DNA of 64,000 bases from an uncultured bacterium (GTDB lineage: Bacteria > SAR324 > XYD2-FULL-50-16), in NCBI GenBank assembly GCA_965602905.1, contig CBFCZY010000006.1, positions 103,125-167,124 of the forward strand, in the 5' to 3' direction. The position numbers and the translations under genes are program-made. The notes beneath the pieces were generated by a model. That model ran no database searches, was not told the origin of the DNA, and was given only the letters and a program-made list of their open reading frames with translations. This document shows, one piece after another, positions 18,084 to 28,630 of the stretch (the first letter of the stretch is position 1; each line of letters opens with the position of its first letter).

Positions 18084-19493
18084 ATGAACAATAAATTTTT
18101 TAAGTGGCTTGGTGCATTTTCTGTTTCCATGGTCTTTAGTTTTAGCGGGCAAGCCTTTGCACAAGATGACTTTGCAGATGATTTTGCTGACGCAGGTGAC
18201 ACTGAAGTTGCAGCCCCAAAAGGGTTAGAGCTTAGCGGTAATATAACCATTGAGCGAACAGGTAGACTGGATACCAATTCTGATTTTGAAGGAGACTGGT
18301 TGCTAAACCAAACCAGAATCCGCCTTCAGGCGAATCAATCTTCTGATTTAGGCTCTTTCAATTCAAAATTTGATTTTATAGAAGACGCCGTTTCAAAAGA
18401 AACCCGAGTTGAAGTTAGAGAAGCAAAAATAACTGTCACCCCTTTGGAGTGGATGGATCTGAGTTTAGGAAAACAGGTTAATACATGGGGTGTCGGTGAC
18501 ATGCTATTTATCAATGATCTTTTTCCCAAAAATTGGAATGCCATGTTCTTAGGGCAAGACATGGAATTTATGAAAAACCCTGCAACATCATACCGCATGT
18601 CGGTTTATCTCGGTATCTTTACTTGGGATATTGTATCCCATCCTGAGTTTGCACCAGATACAACCCCCAACGGCTGTACTCTTGCCGTTTATAACCCCAA
18701 TAGTCTGCTTGATTCGACTCAGGCGACCATTACACAAAACTCTAGTGCCTGTGGTTCGGAGGCCGCCTCTGAAGTTAAGACTGGCGCTTATGGGAAAAAT
18801 GAACTGGCCAATCGATTGAAGGCGGAACTGGGCGGATTTGAGTTGGCTCTCTATTCTTACAAAGGTTATTATAAAAACCCACAGGGAATGGTTTTGAGCA
18901 ACAGTACACTTTCCTCCATTTACCCACGTTTAGAAGCTGCTGGGATCTCTTTAGAGGGCCAACTTGGGGTCGGTATATTCTCACTGGAGGCAGGTCAATA
19001 TGACTCTTTGGATGATCCAAAAGGCAATGACCCTCTGATCACCAATGGAATGACAAAAAGCCTAGTTGGCTACCGAATGGACATAAGTAGTAATTTTAGT
19101 TTTGGCCTGCAAGCATACCAAGAGCAGATGAAAGACTATGATCAGTATGAATCGGGTATCTTAGGAATGTACCAACAAATGGGTTTAACAGAAGCCCAAG
19201 CGATGGAGCAAAACGCCTATAAATACCGAAAAGAAGAGGTGCATACTACGAACACTCTACGCATTACCTTCAAGGCGCAACAAGAGACCTTATGGATCAA
19301 TCTCTTTGGTTATTCTAGACCACAGGACAAAGATTCTTTTATTAAGTTTGACCTGACCAAGAGAATGAATGATCAAATAAAATTTGTTACTGGTGCCAAT
19401 ATCTTCACAGGGGATGATAACTACCCCGACCGTGAGTTTGGCATGTTAAAGGACCAAGATAATGGCTTTATGAGATTGCAGTACAACTACTAA
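18084..19493 (+). CDS. Secreted putative outer-membrane beta-barrel protein belonging to the exporter cluster.
   Basis: Signal peptide ...GQAFAQDDF, and a C-terminal ...MRLQYNY whose aromatic end is a beta-barrel assembly signature. Same strand, with a 42-nt gap after the LolA-like gene. Confidence 0.45.
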   Translation: MNNKFFKWLGAFSVSMVFSFSGQAFAQDDFADDFADAGDTEVAAPKGLELSGNITIERTGRLDTNSDFEGDWLLNQTRIRLQANQSSDLGSFNSKFDFIEDAVSKETRVEVREAKITVTPLEWMDLSLGKQVNTWGVGDMLFINDLFPKNWNAMFLGQDMEFMKNPATSYRMSVYLGIFTWDIVSHPEFAPDTTPNGCTLAVYNPNSLLDSTQATITQNSSACGSEAASEVKTGAYGKNELANRLKAELGGFELALYSYKGYYKNPQGMVLSNSTLSSIYPRLEAAGISLEGQLGVGIFSLEAGQYDSLDDPKGNDPLITNGMTKSLVGYRMDISSNFSFGLQAYQEQMKDYDQYESGILGMYQQMGLTEAQAMEQNAYKYRKEEVHTTNTLRITFKAQQETLWINLFGYSRPQDKDSFIKFDLTKRMNDQIKFVTGANIFTGDDNYPDREFGMLKDQDNGFMRLQYNY

Positions 19494-19522
19494 AAATCTG
19501 AACTAAAGTTTAAACTAAAACT

Positions 19523-19551
19523 GGCTAGGAAGGGTTTTACCCTTTCTAGCC
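19523..19551. terminator. 13-bp stem-loop ggctaggaagggt-ttt-accctttctagcc between convergent genes, with an adjacent TTTTTTGAAGGCCTTTTTTT element.
   Basis: The stem has one mismatch and T-runs flank it on both strands. It lies between the + gene ending at 19493 and the - gene ending at 19598. Confidence 0.5.
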
Positions 19552-19597
19552 AATGTTACAATATCTTTTTTGAAGGCCTTTTTTTGTTGGTGCAAAG

Positions 19598-20767
19598 CTA
19601 AAAAGTAATGATGAATTCAACACCAGGCTCGTCTAGGTTCACAGCTTTTAATGTGCCCCCAAATAGACGGATAATTTGATCGCCAACAGCAGGTTTAAGG
19701 CCTAAGTTCCCCGCAGGGGTTAATGGGCGCGCAATGGCTAAGGTTTTAAAAATTTCAGACATTTTTGCCTCAGGAATGGAGTAACCATAACTTGAAATAG
19801 AGATGATTTTCTTCCCGTCTTTAGCAAAAGCACGAAGCGAAACAGGCTTTTTTTTATCAGAAAACTGCATTGCGATTTCAATTATACTGGAAAGAGCTTT
19901 TTGAAAGTAACGTGCCGAGCCTGACACTTCAAAATTTCCCAAGTCTGCAATTTGAACCCGTAGATCTTCGGACGTAGTATCTAATTTTTGAATTTCATCC
20001 TGTAATTTGAATTTTCCTGACGATAGATTTCCCCCTTCCACTTTAATTTCCGTAAGGATGCAGGCCTCATCAACGACTTCCAGCAAGCGGGAGTAAGATT
20101 TTTCAAAAATTGCTTTTGCCTCTTGCTCTTGCAAGCTTAGCTTTCGATCCTTTGGAAACATCAATGAGCTAGGTGCGAGCAGACCATTCATAGGTGTTCG
20201 TAATTCATGGGTAATTAAAGATAGAAATTCATCTTTAGAATCGTCTAAAACGGAGAGTTGATTGTAGGAGTGTTTTAATTCTTCATCTTGATCTAGAACA
20301 ATTTTTGTTAATACTTTATTGTAGGCTCTGATTTGGTTTAAGTAGATTTTTTCTTTATCTATTGCCATTTTCAAAGTCAGGTGGGTATGGATTCTAGCAA
20401 GGAGTTCTGTTGGTAAAAAAGGTTTTGTGATGTAGTCTACAGCGCCAAGATTAAAGCCCTTAACAATCGACTCTTCTTGGTCTGATGCCGTTAAAAAAAT
20501 AATGGGAATGTCTTTAGTAGCAGCATTATTTTTTAGGTAATTACAGACAGCGAAGCCATCCATTTGCGGCATAATGATATCCAGTAAAATGACATCAGGT
20601 TGATAATTTTCAGCAATTTTAATTGCCTCCATACCGGTCGTTGCAACGGAAACCGCATACTTGTCGCCTATAAGCTCCAGTATAACTTCAATATTTACTT
20701 GTTGGTCATCTACAATTAAAACTTTTGCACGTTCTTTTAAATGTGACTGTTCATCTTGTTTTAACAA
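19598..20767 (-). CDS. Receiver plus HisKA-like dimerisation domain plus a degenerate ATPase-like domain, i.e. a pseudo-histidine-kinase response regulator. It is a paralogue of the 26352-27524 gene.
   Basis: Receiver VLIVDDQQ...VILLDIIMPQMDG...IFLTAS...YITKPF, then LSLITHELRTPMNGLL (an H-box). The C-terminal domain lacks recognisable N, G1 and G2 ATP-binding boxes. Confidence 0.75.
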   Translation of the reverse strand: MLKQDEQSHLKERAKVLIVDDQQVNIEVILELIGDKYAVSVATTGMEAIKIAENYQPDVILLDIIMPQMDGFAVCNYLKNNAATKDIPIIFLTASDQEESIVKGFNLGAVDYITKPFLPTELLARIHTHLTLKMAIDKEKIYLNQIRAYNKVLTKIVLDQDEELKHSYNQLSVLDDSKDEFLSLITHELRTPMNGLLAPSSLMFPKDRKLSLQEQEAKAIFEKSYSRLLEVVDEACILTEIKVEGGNLSSGKFKLQDEIQKLDTTSEDLRVQIADLGNFEVSGSARYFQKALSSIIEIAMQFSDKKKPVSLRAFAKDGKKIISISSYGYSIPEAKMSEIFKTLAIARPLTPAGNLGLKPAVGDQIIRLFGGTLKAVNLDEPGVEFIITF

Positions 20768-21078
20768 TTTTGCCCCTCTATGCTAACTGAAAATGTTAAT
20801 CGAGATCATCATATAAAATGGTGACTGCCTTTCTCTATTTTGGTCTTTTCAAGTTGGCAGAGTATCACATGTTTCTCTAATAAAGTGAAACCCTAATTCA
20901 GGGGGTTAACTTTGAGTTAGCACTTTTGTAAGACACCACTTTGGCCCATAAAGATTGGATTAATCTCAATTACTTCAAAAGGAAAATTTTTTTTATTGGA
21001 AAAAACTCGGAAAGTGAACAGCCATGGGGAAAAATGAAAATCAAAAAACTGCAGCCCTTTGGTCATGGTTCCGAATTC

Positions 21079-21108
21079 TTGACGTGAATCGTAAAAGCAA
21101 TATATAGT
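21079..21108 (+). promoter_or_regulatory. Sigma-70-like promoter candidate, TTGACG-N17/18-TATAGT, for the binding-protein/kinase operon.
   Basis: TTGACG at 21079-21084 and TATAGT at 21103-21108, about 45 nt upstream of the ATG at 21154. Confidence 0.25.
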
Positions 21109-21153
21109 TTAAAAAATAAATTTTAATGACTATGTAAAGGAATAGTAAAAAAA

Positions 21154-22149
21154 ATGAAAAAGTATATTATTGTCGGTTTTGGTGCTATTTTCATTTTTTT
21201 ATTCTGGAAAAATTATAGATCCATTCCTATCTCGAAAGCTTCTCTACCTCCACAGACAACCTTAAAGGTAGGCACTAATATTTGGGTCGGTTACGAACCA
21301 CTATATTTAGCTAAAAAACTTGGATATTTAAAAAACACTTCTATCGAATTGGTCGAATTTTCCAACGCTACGCAAGTTTTACACGCCTATAAATCAGGCT
21401 TAATCCAAGTGGCTGCATTGACTTTAGATGAGGTCTTAATGCTCCAGACCCTAAAGAAAAAACCTCGTGTTATTTTGATTGTAGATTTTTCCAATGGCGC
21501 TGATAGCATCTTGGGTCAATCAAATTTTAAAAGCATGAAGGAGATCGCAAATAAACGCATTGGAGTTGAAAATACCGCTATGGGCGGTTTCTTTTTAAGT
21601 CGTGCCCTAGAGGCTTCAGGGCTTTCTCTTAAAAATCTAACCATTGTACCTCTCTCTGTTGGGGAACACGAAAAGGCCTTTGCTAGCGGCCAAGTTGATG
21701 CACTTGTGACCTTTGACCCTACTAAAAGTAATTTGATCAAAAAAGGGGCTGTTGAACTTTTTAATAGCTCGCAGATCCCAGGTGAAATTGTCGATACTCT
21801 GGTAACAAATGAACAGATTATTGAGACCAGGAGAAAAGACTTACAGCAGCTTTTATTGGGTTGGGAAAAGGCGGTCCAACTGATTGAGCAGAATCCAGAA
21901 AAAGCCATGGGTCTCATTTCTCAAAGACTCAAAGAAACCCCTGAACTGGTTAGCGAGTCCTATAGGGGAATCCACTTGTTGGGCATAGAGCAAAATTACA
22001 AATTGATGAATAATCAAGATTCAACGATTCATAAAACCCTAAAGACTCTGCCCGATTTTTTAATAAAGTCAAAATTACTCCTCGACACTGTTGATACCAG
22101 TCAAGTTTTAGCTCCCAGTATAGTTAACTCGCTAAAACAAAGCCAATAA
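21154..22149 (+). CDS. Periplasmic substrate-binding-protein-like protein of the NMT1/SsuA/TauA (NitT/TauT) family. With no permease or ATPase nearby, it is a likely ligand-sensing partner of the downstream kinase.
   Basis: N-terminal TM/signal segment, then [22 protein letters not shown]...[26 protein letters not shown]. Its stop lies 1 nt before the kinase ATG. Confidence 0.65.
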   Translation: MKKYIIVGFGAIFIFLFWKNYRSIPISKASLPPQTTLKVGTNIWVGYEPLYLAKKLGYLKNTSIELVEFSNATQVLHAYKSGLIQVAALTLDEVLMLQTLKKKPRVILIVDFSNGADSILGQSNFKSMKEIANKRIGVENTAMGGFFLSRALEASGLSLKNLTIVPLSVGEHEKAFASGQVDALVTFDPTKSNLIKKGAVELFNSSQIPGEIVDTLVTNEQIIETRRKDLQQLLLGWEKAVQLIEQNPEKAMGLISQRLKETPELVSESYRGIHLLGIEQNYKLMNNQDSTIHKTLKTLPDFLIKSKLLLDTVDTSQVLAPSIVNSLKQSQ

Positions 22150-22150
22150 G

Positions 22151-25100
22151 ATGTTTTTATATTCTTTACGCTTTTCCATTCCAGGCTTTCTATTTATTTT
22201 TCTCCTCACCCTTGGGATTTGGAATTACTCTTTAGATAAAGCCCGTATCATCACGCAAACAGAAAAGGATGCCATTGAAAACCTTACTTTTTTTGCAGAT
22301 AGCCAGTACCAGATTCTTTCAAAAGAAATCAATCGTGGTGAGTTAGATTTAGTACAAAGACAAGTGGCTGTAATTGGCGGAAAACCCAGCTTCCAAACGG
22401 TTTTATTAACAGATGAAAACTTAACCGTGACGAGCAGCAGCCAGATTGCTCTGATTGCCAAAAAAATTAGCCCAAGCAATTTGCAACTCACTACTGCTGG
22501 GTGGCAGCAATTGGTACAAGTATGGGCACAAATTAAGATCGATGATAAACCACAAATCTTTCTATCAGAAGAGGGTCGACTGGCTATGGCCTTAGTGCCC
22601 ATTCGACAGCCAAGGCAAATGGGCGAAATTCGTAGTTTTCGAAAAGGGTTATTTTTAATCATTGAAGACCTCCAAGCCCAAAAGGATATGGCTCAACGAT
22701 TTGCCCTTAATGAGGTCCTTAAATTTACAGGGATTTTGTTTATCTTGACCCTGCTTTTAGCAATTGCTTTCGACCGGCTTGTAACTCAAAGGTTAAAAAC
22801 CATTATCCATCACCTCGGGGAAATTTCTGAAGGCAACTACAATGTACGAACAAAAATTACAGGCAAAGATGAAGTGGCCGCTCTTGCCCGATCTTTAGAG
22901 GATATGGCCCAACATATTGGCGCTGCAAACACTAAAATTAATGCCTTTAATTCACAGTTAGAAAGCAAGGTGGAGGAGCGTACTCGGACGTTAGGTGACA
23001 CTCTAATCCAACTAGAAGACTCTAAACATGCGGCAGAAGTAGCAAATAAAGCAAAAAGCCAATTTTTAGCGAACATGAGCCATGAAATCCGCACCCCCAT
23101 GAACGGGATACTGGGCATGGCTCGTCTTTGTTTACGAACCCAATTGACTAGCCAACAGCAAGACTATTTAAAAAAAATAAGCCTGTCGGGGAACAACCTC
23201 TTAAAAATCATCAATGAAATTCTTGATTTTTCCAAAATTGAATCCCAATCCATTGAAATTGAGGAAATTGATTTCAACACGGAAGTTCTATTTGATAACA
23301 TCAGTAGTATGTTTTCTCAGGTAACATCAGAAAAAAAATTAGAACTTCACTTTGACTGCAATAGCGAAATGCCCCAGTACCTAAGGGGAGACCCTTACCG
23401 TATTGGTCAAGTCCTGACCAACTTAGTTGGAAATGCAGTTAAGTTTACTCATGAGGGGCAAATTCTTGTTGCCGCAAAAATTACAGAGCAGAAAGGAAAT
23501 ATTACCACCTTAGAAATGTCGGTTCAAGATTCAGGTGTTGGCATGACAGCAGAACAGGTAGAAAAACTTTTTAACCCCTTCACTCAAGCTGATGCCAGTA
23601 CAACTCGTCAATTTGGCGGTACAGGGTTAGGCCTCACCATCAGCAAGAGACTCATTGAGCTTATGGGCGGCAAGATTAAGGTTGAAAGTGAACTTGGGCG
23701 AGGTAGCAATTTTACCTTCACGGTACAAATCAAACCGAGCGATGTGAACAACACTAAAACCGAGTGCCCTAAAAGCTGGACCCAGGCGCAAGTTTTGGTT
23801 GTCGATGACAATCAACCTTCAGCCAAGCTTTTAGAAAAAATACTGCGGCAATTTGGGTTTCAAGTCCAAACTGTTAATTCAGGTAGCGAAGCCTTAGAGC
23901 TACTGAATGAAAAAAGATTCAACCTAGCACTCATTGATTGGCAAATGCCCGGGATGACTGGCCTAGAGCTAGGTAAAAAAATTGTCATGCACTTTGAATC
24001 GGTCAATCGTCCGAAATTAATCATGGTCTCAGCTTTTGGGACTCTCGCTGTTAAAAAGGATGCTCTTGCAAGTGGGTTTTCCACCTTTATCAATAAACCC
24101 CTGCAATCCAGTGAACTCTTTGATGCTATTATTTCTGTGCTCAATAAGGAATCAATAGATAACATAATGCAAAAATCGGAAGACCCAGAAACTGGGGAGT
24201 ATGAATTTGAAGGCTTAGCCCATGTTAAAAAGCTCAAGGGGGCCAAGATCTTAGTTGCGGAAGATAATAAAATTAACCAACAAATCATTCAAGAAATATT
24301 AGAAACAGCGGAACTGGAAATTGACATTGTAGAAAATGGGGAAGAGGCCTTAAAGGCTTTAAAGACCAGCAAATACGACGGCGTATTAATGGATGTGCAA
24401 ATGCCCATTATGGACGGCCTTGAGGCAACCAGACAGATTCGAAAAGACCCAATGCTAAAAGATTTACCCATCATTGCTTTAACGGCGAATGCCATGCTTA
24501 AAGATCGAGAAGAATGCTTGCAAGCGGGAATGGATGGTCACGTACCTAAGCCCATTGATTCCAATTTTTTATTTTTAACCTTAAAACAGTGGATATCCCC
24601 CCCTAGGAAAGAGTTATATCAAGTTTTACCTGAAGACCTAAACCCAACCTTGGACAAAGACAAGGGTACCGCCTTAAATTTTGAAGCCCTTAAGCAATCG
24701 GGTATCTTTGATCTACGTTCGGGCCTAACACGAGTCAATGGCAATCAAAAACTCTTTAAAAAGCTGCTTTGTAACTTTGCCGAAGATTCAGCAAATTTAA
24801 CCTCGGAGTGTCAGGGATTTGTGCAAGATAAAAACTACTCTGAACTGCGGGCAAGGGTACATAACATAAAAGGAATTTCAGGGAATTTAGGTATAAATTC
24901 ACTCTGTGCAGCCGCAGCAGACATAGAAAATTCGATTTTAGAGTCTGAGTTTACAAAGATCCCAGAAAATTTAGAAGTCTTTTGTACTCTACTAGACGAA
25001 TCCCTAAAGCTAATCCAAGAGGTTTGTCTAGATAACCCTGAACTTGAAGAAACAACTAAGATTGAGAAAATTACTGTCAGTAATGAAGAGTTGGTTTTAA

Positions 25101-25318
25101 AACTAAATTATTTGGAGCAACAACTCCAATTGCAAATTCCAAAACAATGCAAGGCTGCTATGGATGATCTTACTGGGCTATCATGGCCTAGGGAATTACA
25201 AGGGAGTTTAGATACTCTGGCAGACCTCATATCTAAATATCAATTTAAAAATGCCAGTGATGCAGTCAAGTCTTTGAGTGCCAAAATTACAGGAGGCGAC
25301 AATGTTGGAACCTCTTAG
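22151..25318 (+). CDS. Hybrid sensor histidine kinase (periplasmic domain, HAMP, HisKA, HATPase_c, two receivers, Hpt).
   Basis: Two TM helices, an H-box [17 protein letters not shown], an N-box LVGNAVKFT, and G-boxes DSGVGM and [10 protein letters not shown]. The receivers are VLVVDDNQ...[11 protein letters not shown] and ILVAEDNK...[11 protein letters not shown]. The Hpt motif is [13 protein letters not shown]. Confidence 0.9.
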   Translation: MFLYSLRFSIPGFLFIFLLTLGIWNYSLDKARIITQTEKDAIENLTFFADSQYQILSKEINRGELDLVQRQVAVIGGKPSFQTVLLTDENLTVTSSSQIALIAKKISPSNLQLTTAGWQQLVQVWAQIKIDDKPQIFLSEEGRLAMALVPIRQPRQMGEIRSFRKGLFLIIEDLQAQKDMAQRFALNEVLKFTGILFILTLLLAIAFDRLVTQRLKTIIHHLGEISEGNYNVRTKITGKDEVAALARSLEDMAQHIGAANTKINAFNSQLESKVEERTRTLGDTLIQLEDSKHAAEVANKAKSQFLANMSHEIRTPMNGILGMARLCLRTQLTSQQQDYLKKISLSGNNLLKIINEILDFSKIESQSIEIEEIDFNTEVLFDNISSMFSQVTSEKKLELHFDCNSEMPQYLRGDPYRIGQVLTNLVGNAVKFTHEGQILVAAKITEQKGNITTLEMSVQDSGVGMTAEQVEKLFNPFTQADASTTRQFGGTGLGLTISKRLIELMGGKIKVESELGRGSNFTFTVQIKPSDVNNTKTECPKSWTQAQVLVVDDNQPSAKLLEKILRQFGFQVQTVNSGSEALELLNEKRFNLALIDWQMPGMTGLELGKKIVMHFESVNRPKLIMVSAFGTLAVKKDALASGFSTFINKPLQSSELFDAIISVLNKESIDNIMQKSEDPETGEYEFEGLAHVKKLKGAKILVAEDNKINQQIIQEILETAELEIDIVENGEEALKALKTSKYDGVLMDVQMPIMDGLEATRQIRKDPMLKDLPIIALTANAMLKDREECLQAGMDGHVPKPIDSNFLFLTLKQWISPPRKELYQVLPEDLNPTLDKDKGTALNFEALKQSGIFDLRSGLTRVNGNQKLFKKLLCNFAEDSANLTSECQGFVQDKNYSELRARVHNIKGISGNLGINSLCAAAADIENSILESEFTKIPENLEVFCTLLDESLKLIQEVCLDNPELEETTKIEKITVSNEELVLKLNYLEQQLQLQIPKQCKAAMDDLTGLSWPRELQGSLDTLADLISKYQFKNASDAVKSLSAKITGGDNVGTS

Positions 25319-26351
25319 TTTGAACTGCAACATCTTAATTGTAGATGACTCAGTAACAGTCATTGAACAATTACGAAGTATTCTAGAGGAATATTTCAAA
25401 ATTTCTGTTGCCTTAGATGGGCAGACTGCCATCTCGATTGTCGAAAACTCTCAGCCTGACCTTATATTATTAGATATTGGGATGCCTGGAATGGACGGTT
25501 TTGAAGTCTGCGAAAAAGTTAAGAGCACACCTTCAATGCGAAATATTCCGATCATTTTTTTAACGGCAACTAAAACCTTTGCAGATGAAGAAAAGGGCTT
25601 TGCTTTAGGGGCAGCAGATTTTGTGAGTAAACCTTTTTCACTTAATATACTTCTTGCTAGAATCAATACTCATCTTAGGTTAAGTGACCAAAGGAAGCTT
25701 TTAGAGCACTATGTATCTACACAGAAAATCGAGGTTAACGACCTTAATATTGAAATTATAGAAACCCAAAAGGAATTGATTCACACAATGGGTTCTATCT
25801 GTGAAAGCCGCAGCAAAGAAACTGCAAATCATGTTAAAAGGGTTGCTGAGTACTCCAAATTACTGGGAACACACTACGGCTTAGACTCTTGTGATGTGGA
25901 GTTACTCCATGCCGCCTCACCTATGCATGACATTGGAAAGGTAGCAATTTCAGATGAAATTTTAAAAAAGCCAGGGAAGCTTTCTCAAGATGAGCGAAAA
26001 ACCATGGAAACTCACACAGTTTTGGGTTTTGATATGTTATGTGGCTCAAATCGCAAGCTACTCCATTCAGCAAGGATTACGGCCCTAGAACATCATGAAA
26101 AATGGAATGGACAAGGATATCCCAAAAAATTAAAAGGGGAAGAAATTCATGCTTTTGGCCGTATCACTGCTGTGGCTGATGTCTTTGACGCCCTATCTCA
26201 TGATCGCTGTTACAAGAAAGCTTGGGAAGATGAGAAGATCTTCGAGCTTTTAAGACAAGAACGAGGCGAGCACTTTGACCCTAGGTTAATTGATATTTTC
26301 TTTAACAATATCAATTCCTTTTTAACAATCCGTGAAAACTATAACGATTAA
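25302..26351 (+). CDS. Response regulator with an HD-GYP output domain (c-di-GMP phosphodiesterase, RpfG-like).
   Basis: The ATG at 25302 has an AGGAGG ribosome-binding site 5 nt upstream, and the gene overlaps the kinase's last codons. Receiver ILIVDDSV...[13 protein letters not shown]...IFLTA...FVSKPF, then HD domain ...[11 protein letters not shown]...[11 protein letters not shown], which is the HD-GYP signature. Confidence 0.85.
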   Translation: MLEPLSLNCNILIVDDSVTVIEQLRSILEEYFKISVALDGQTAISIVENSQPDLILLDIGMPGMDGFEVCEKVKSTPSMRNIPIIFLTATKTFADEEKGFALGAADFVSKPFSLNILLARINTHLRLSDQRKLLEHYVSTQKIEVNDLNIEIIETQKELIHTMGSICESRSKETANHVKRVAEYSKLLGTHYGLDSCDVELLHAASPMHDIGKVAISDEILKKPGKLSQDERKTMETHTVLGFDMLCGSNRKLLHSARITALEHHEKWNGQGYPKKLKGEEIHAFGRITAVADVFDALSHDRCYKKAWEDEKIFELLRQERGEHFDPRLIDIFFNNINSFLTIRENYND

Positions 26352-27524
26352 ATGCAACAGACCGCAATGGGGGAAGCCCCTGTACAAAAAAGTAGAATCT
26401 TAATTGTTGAAGATGCCCAAACCAACATAGATATTTTATTAGAACTTTTAGGTGAAATTTATGACGTTGCCGTTGCGCTAACAGGTGAGGATGCACTGAA
26501 TATTAAGGATACCTTTAAACCCAATTTGATCTTATTAGATATAGAAATGCCTGGAATGGATGGTTTTGAAGTTTGCAAAAGATTAAAGGATAACAAGAAA
26601 TCTTGCCATATTCCTGTTATTTTTTTAACGGCGAAATCCAGTCAAGAAACGGTCGTAGCTGGCTTAAATTTAGGGGCTGCCGACTTTGTAACAAAACCTT
26701 TTTTACCTGCGGAATTGCAGGCTAGGGTTCGGACTCAATTGGCATTGGGACATGCCTTAGAAAAGGAAAAATCCCTTTTAGCAGAGATTAAAGAGTATAA
26801 TAATATATTGTCTCTCAGAGTTGAAGAGCGCGATAGAGAACTTAAATTAACCTATGGGCAGCTGGCTTTATTAGATAAAACCAAGGGTGAGTTTCTGTCT
26901 TTAATTTCTCATGAATTACGTACCCCTATGAATGGTATTTTAGCACCCATTATGACGTTATTACCTGATGACCGTGAACTCAACGAAGATGAACAATGGG
27001 CAAAGGAGATCTTCAACACTTCTTATGCTCGACTGCTCAATGTAGTTGATGAGGCTGCTCTGCTGACGGAAATCGAATTGAATGAACAACTACTCACTTC
27101 CAATAAATTTGGATTAAAAGATGTTATCGACTCCTTTACCGAACTCAATCCTGCTCTAAACTTTACAATTAAGCATTTGCAGGAAATGGAAGTCACGGGG
27201 ACCCCTGAGTTATACTTGAAAGCTTTTTCTGCTCTTGTGGAGACAGCATTAAAATTTTCAGATGATGTTCGGCCCGTAGAAATTTGGGTAGGGCTACAGG
27301 CAGAGCAAAAAACCATTAGGATCACTTCATGGGGGTATCTGGTACCTGAAGACCTACTTCCTAATCTTTTTAAAATCTATTCCTTTGCCAGCCCCTTAAC
27401 GCCTAAAGGTGATTTAGGATTAAAGCCCCCTATTGCAGATAAGATCATTCGGCTTTTTGGAGGCAGGATCGAAGCTAGAAACCATGCTGAAAATGGAACT
27501 GAGTTTACAGTCCTTTTAAAATAA
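26352..27524 (+). CDS. Receiver plus HisKA-like plus degenerate ATPase domain (pseudo-kinase response regulator), a paralogue of the 19598-20767 gene.
   Basis: Receiver ILIVEDAQ...LILLDIEMPGMDG...IFLTAKS...FVTKPF, then [21 protein letters not shown]-binding boxes are absent. The ATG immediately follows the HD-GYP stop. Confidence 0.75.
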   Translation: MQQTAMGEAPVQKSRILIVEDAQTNIDILLELLGEIYDVAVALTGEDALNIKDTFKPNLILLDIEMPGMDGFEVCKRLKDNKKSCHIPVIFLTAKSSQETVVAGLNLGAADFVTKPFLPAELQARVRTQLALGHALEKEKSLLAEIKEYNNILSLRVEERDRELKLTYGQLALLDKTKGEFLSLISHELRTPMNGILAPIMTLLPDDRELNEDEQWAKEIFNTSYARLLNVVDEAALLTEIELNEQLLTSNKFGLKDVIDSFTELNPALNFTIKHLQEMEVTGTPELYLKAFSALVETALKFSDDVRPVEIWVGLQAEQKTIRITSWGYLVPEDLLPNLFKIYSFASPLTPKGDLGLKPPIADKIIRLFGGRIEARNHAENGTEFTVLLK

Positions 27525-27627
27525 TAGCTTACAATAAGCGGTTTTAGGCCAGGTGTGCAATCAGACTGTGAAGAAGAGCCTCTTTAAAAAGTTCATCAAA
27601 TTAGAATTCACCAAACTAAATTTACTT

Positions 27628-28011
27628 TTAGGTTTCAAACAGACTTGCGATTTTAGAAGTACATAAGGGCTTCTCTAAAATCAAATCAAGGCCACAAGAT
27701 GTAATATCTTGCAGGTTACTATCATTAATACCTCCAGAAACTAAAACGATTTTAACCTTATTGAGATTCTTAGATTCCTCCAATTTTCTGATTTCAGTTA
27801 TAACTTCACTGCCTTCCATATCCCCAAGGTAATAATCAACAAATATGATATCATAGAATTCCTTTTTAGAGACTGAGGTTGAATATACCTTTAAACCTTC
27901 TTTGCCATTTTCTGCTAAAACAACTTTTCCATAATCCTTTAGAAGTTTGACATTTAATTGCTGGCTCAGTGGTGAGTCTTCCATTACTAGAATTTTCATT
28001 TTTATCCCCAA
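27628..28011 (-). CDS. Single-domain receiver protein (ED instead of DD in the acid pocket).
   Basis: KILVMEDSP...IIFVDYYLGDMEG...IVLVSGG...ILEKPL. Confidence 0.7.
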   Translation of the reverse strand: MGIKMKILVMEDSPLSQQLNVKLLKDYGKVVLAENGKEGLKVYSTSVSKKEFYDIIFVDYYLGDMEGSEVITEIRKLEESKNLNKVKIVLVSGGINDSNLQDITSCGLDLILEKPLCTSKIASLFET

Positions 28012-28210
28012 ACTTAATTTCGCCCCTCCACATTTACATCTTTTTAACTCTAATCATCTCCTTATTCAATATAGCCTTTTTACCATATACTTTCAATCAA
28101 ACAAGAAACAAAGGTAGAGCCAATGGTCCCCGACCCAAGCAGTAATAAGGGAACCCAAAAAACTGAAGTCTTGATTAGAAAATATTTTTAAAGACTATTC
28201 AGCCTTTAAT

Positions 28211-28630
28211 TCATGCTTTATTTTCCCTGTAGATTTTTAGCTGTGCCTCAATCACATTGATTAATGATTCTTGCTCCCAAGGCTTTTCTAAATACTGGTG
28301 AATTAAGTTAACTTGGTCAGAAAGGGCTTCGCCATTAAAATCAGGGCGACCGGTTAAGAGCATTCTTCGGCATTGGGGAAAGGATTCTTTTACCTTTTCT
28401 AGAATCTGAATCCCCTTAATATCAGGCATTAAAAAGTCACATATGACCAAGGTGAACTCTTGCTTGCCTGCGAGCTCCAAAGCTTCTGTAGAGTTAGATA
28501 CATATCTAAAATTATAGGGTAAATGCATAAAGGTTCTTTTTAAGGACCTGAGTATAAATACTTCATCATCAATACAAAGAATATTTATAGGCGCTGGTTT
28601 CGTCTGAGTAGCGGCCATTTTATGCTCCAA
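28211..28630 (-). CDS. Single-domain CheY-like response regulator.
   Basis: ILCIDDEVF...LVICDFLMPDIKG...MLLTG...YLEKPW. It overlaps the stop of the giant kinase by 11 nt. Confidence 0.8.
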   Translation of the reverse strand: MEHKMAATQTKPAPINILCIDDEVFILRSLKRTFMHLPYNFRYVSNSTEALELAGKQEFTLVICDFLMPDIKGIQILEKVKESFPQCRRMLLTGRPDFNGEALSDQVNLIHQYLEKPWEQESLINVIEAQLKIYRENKA

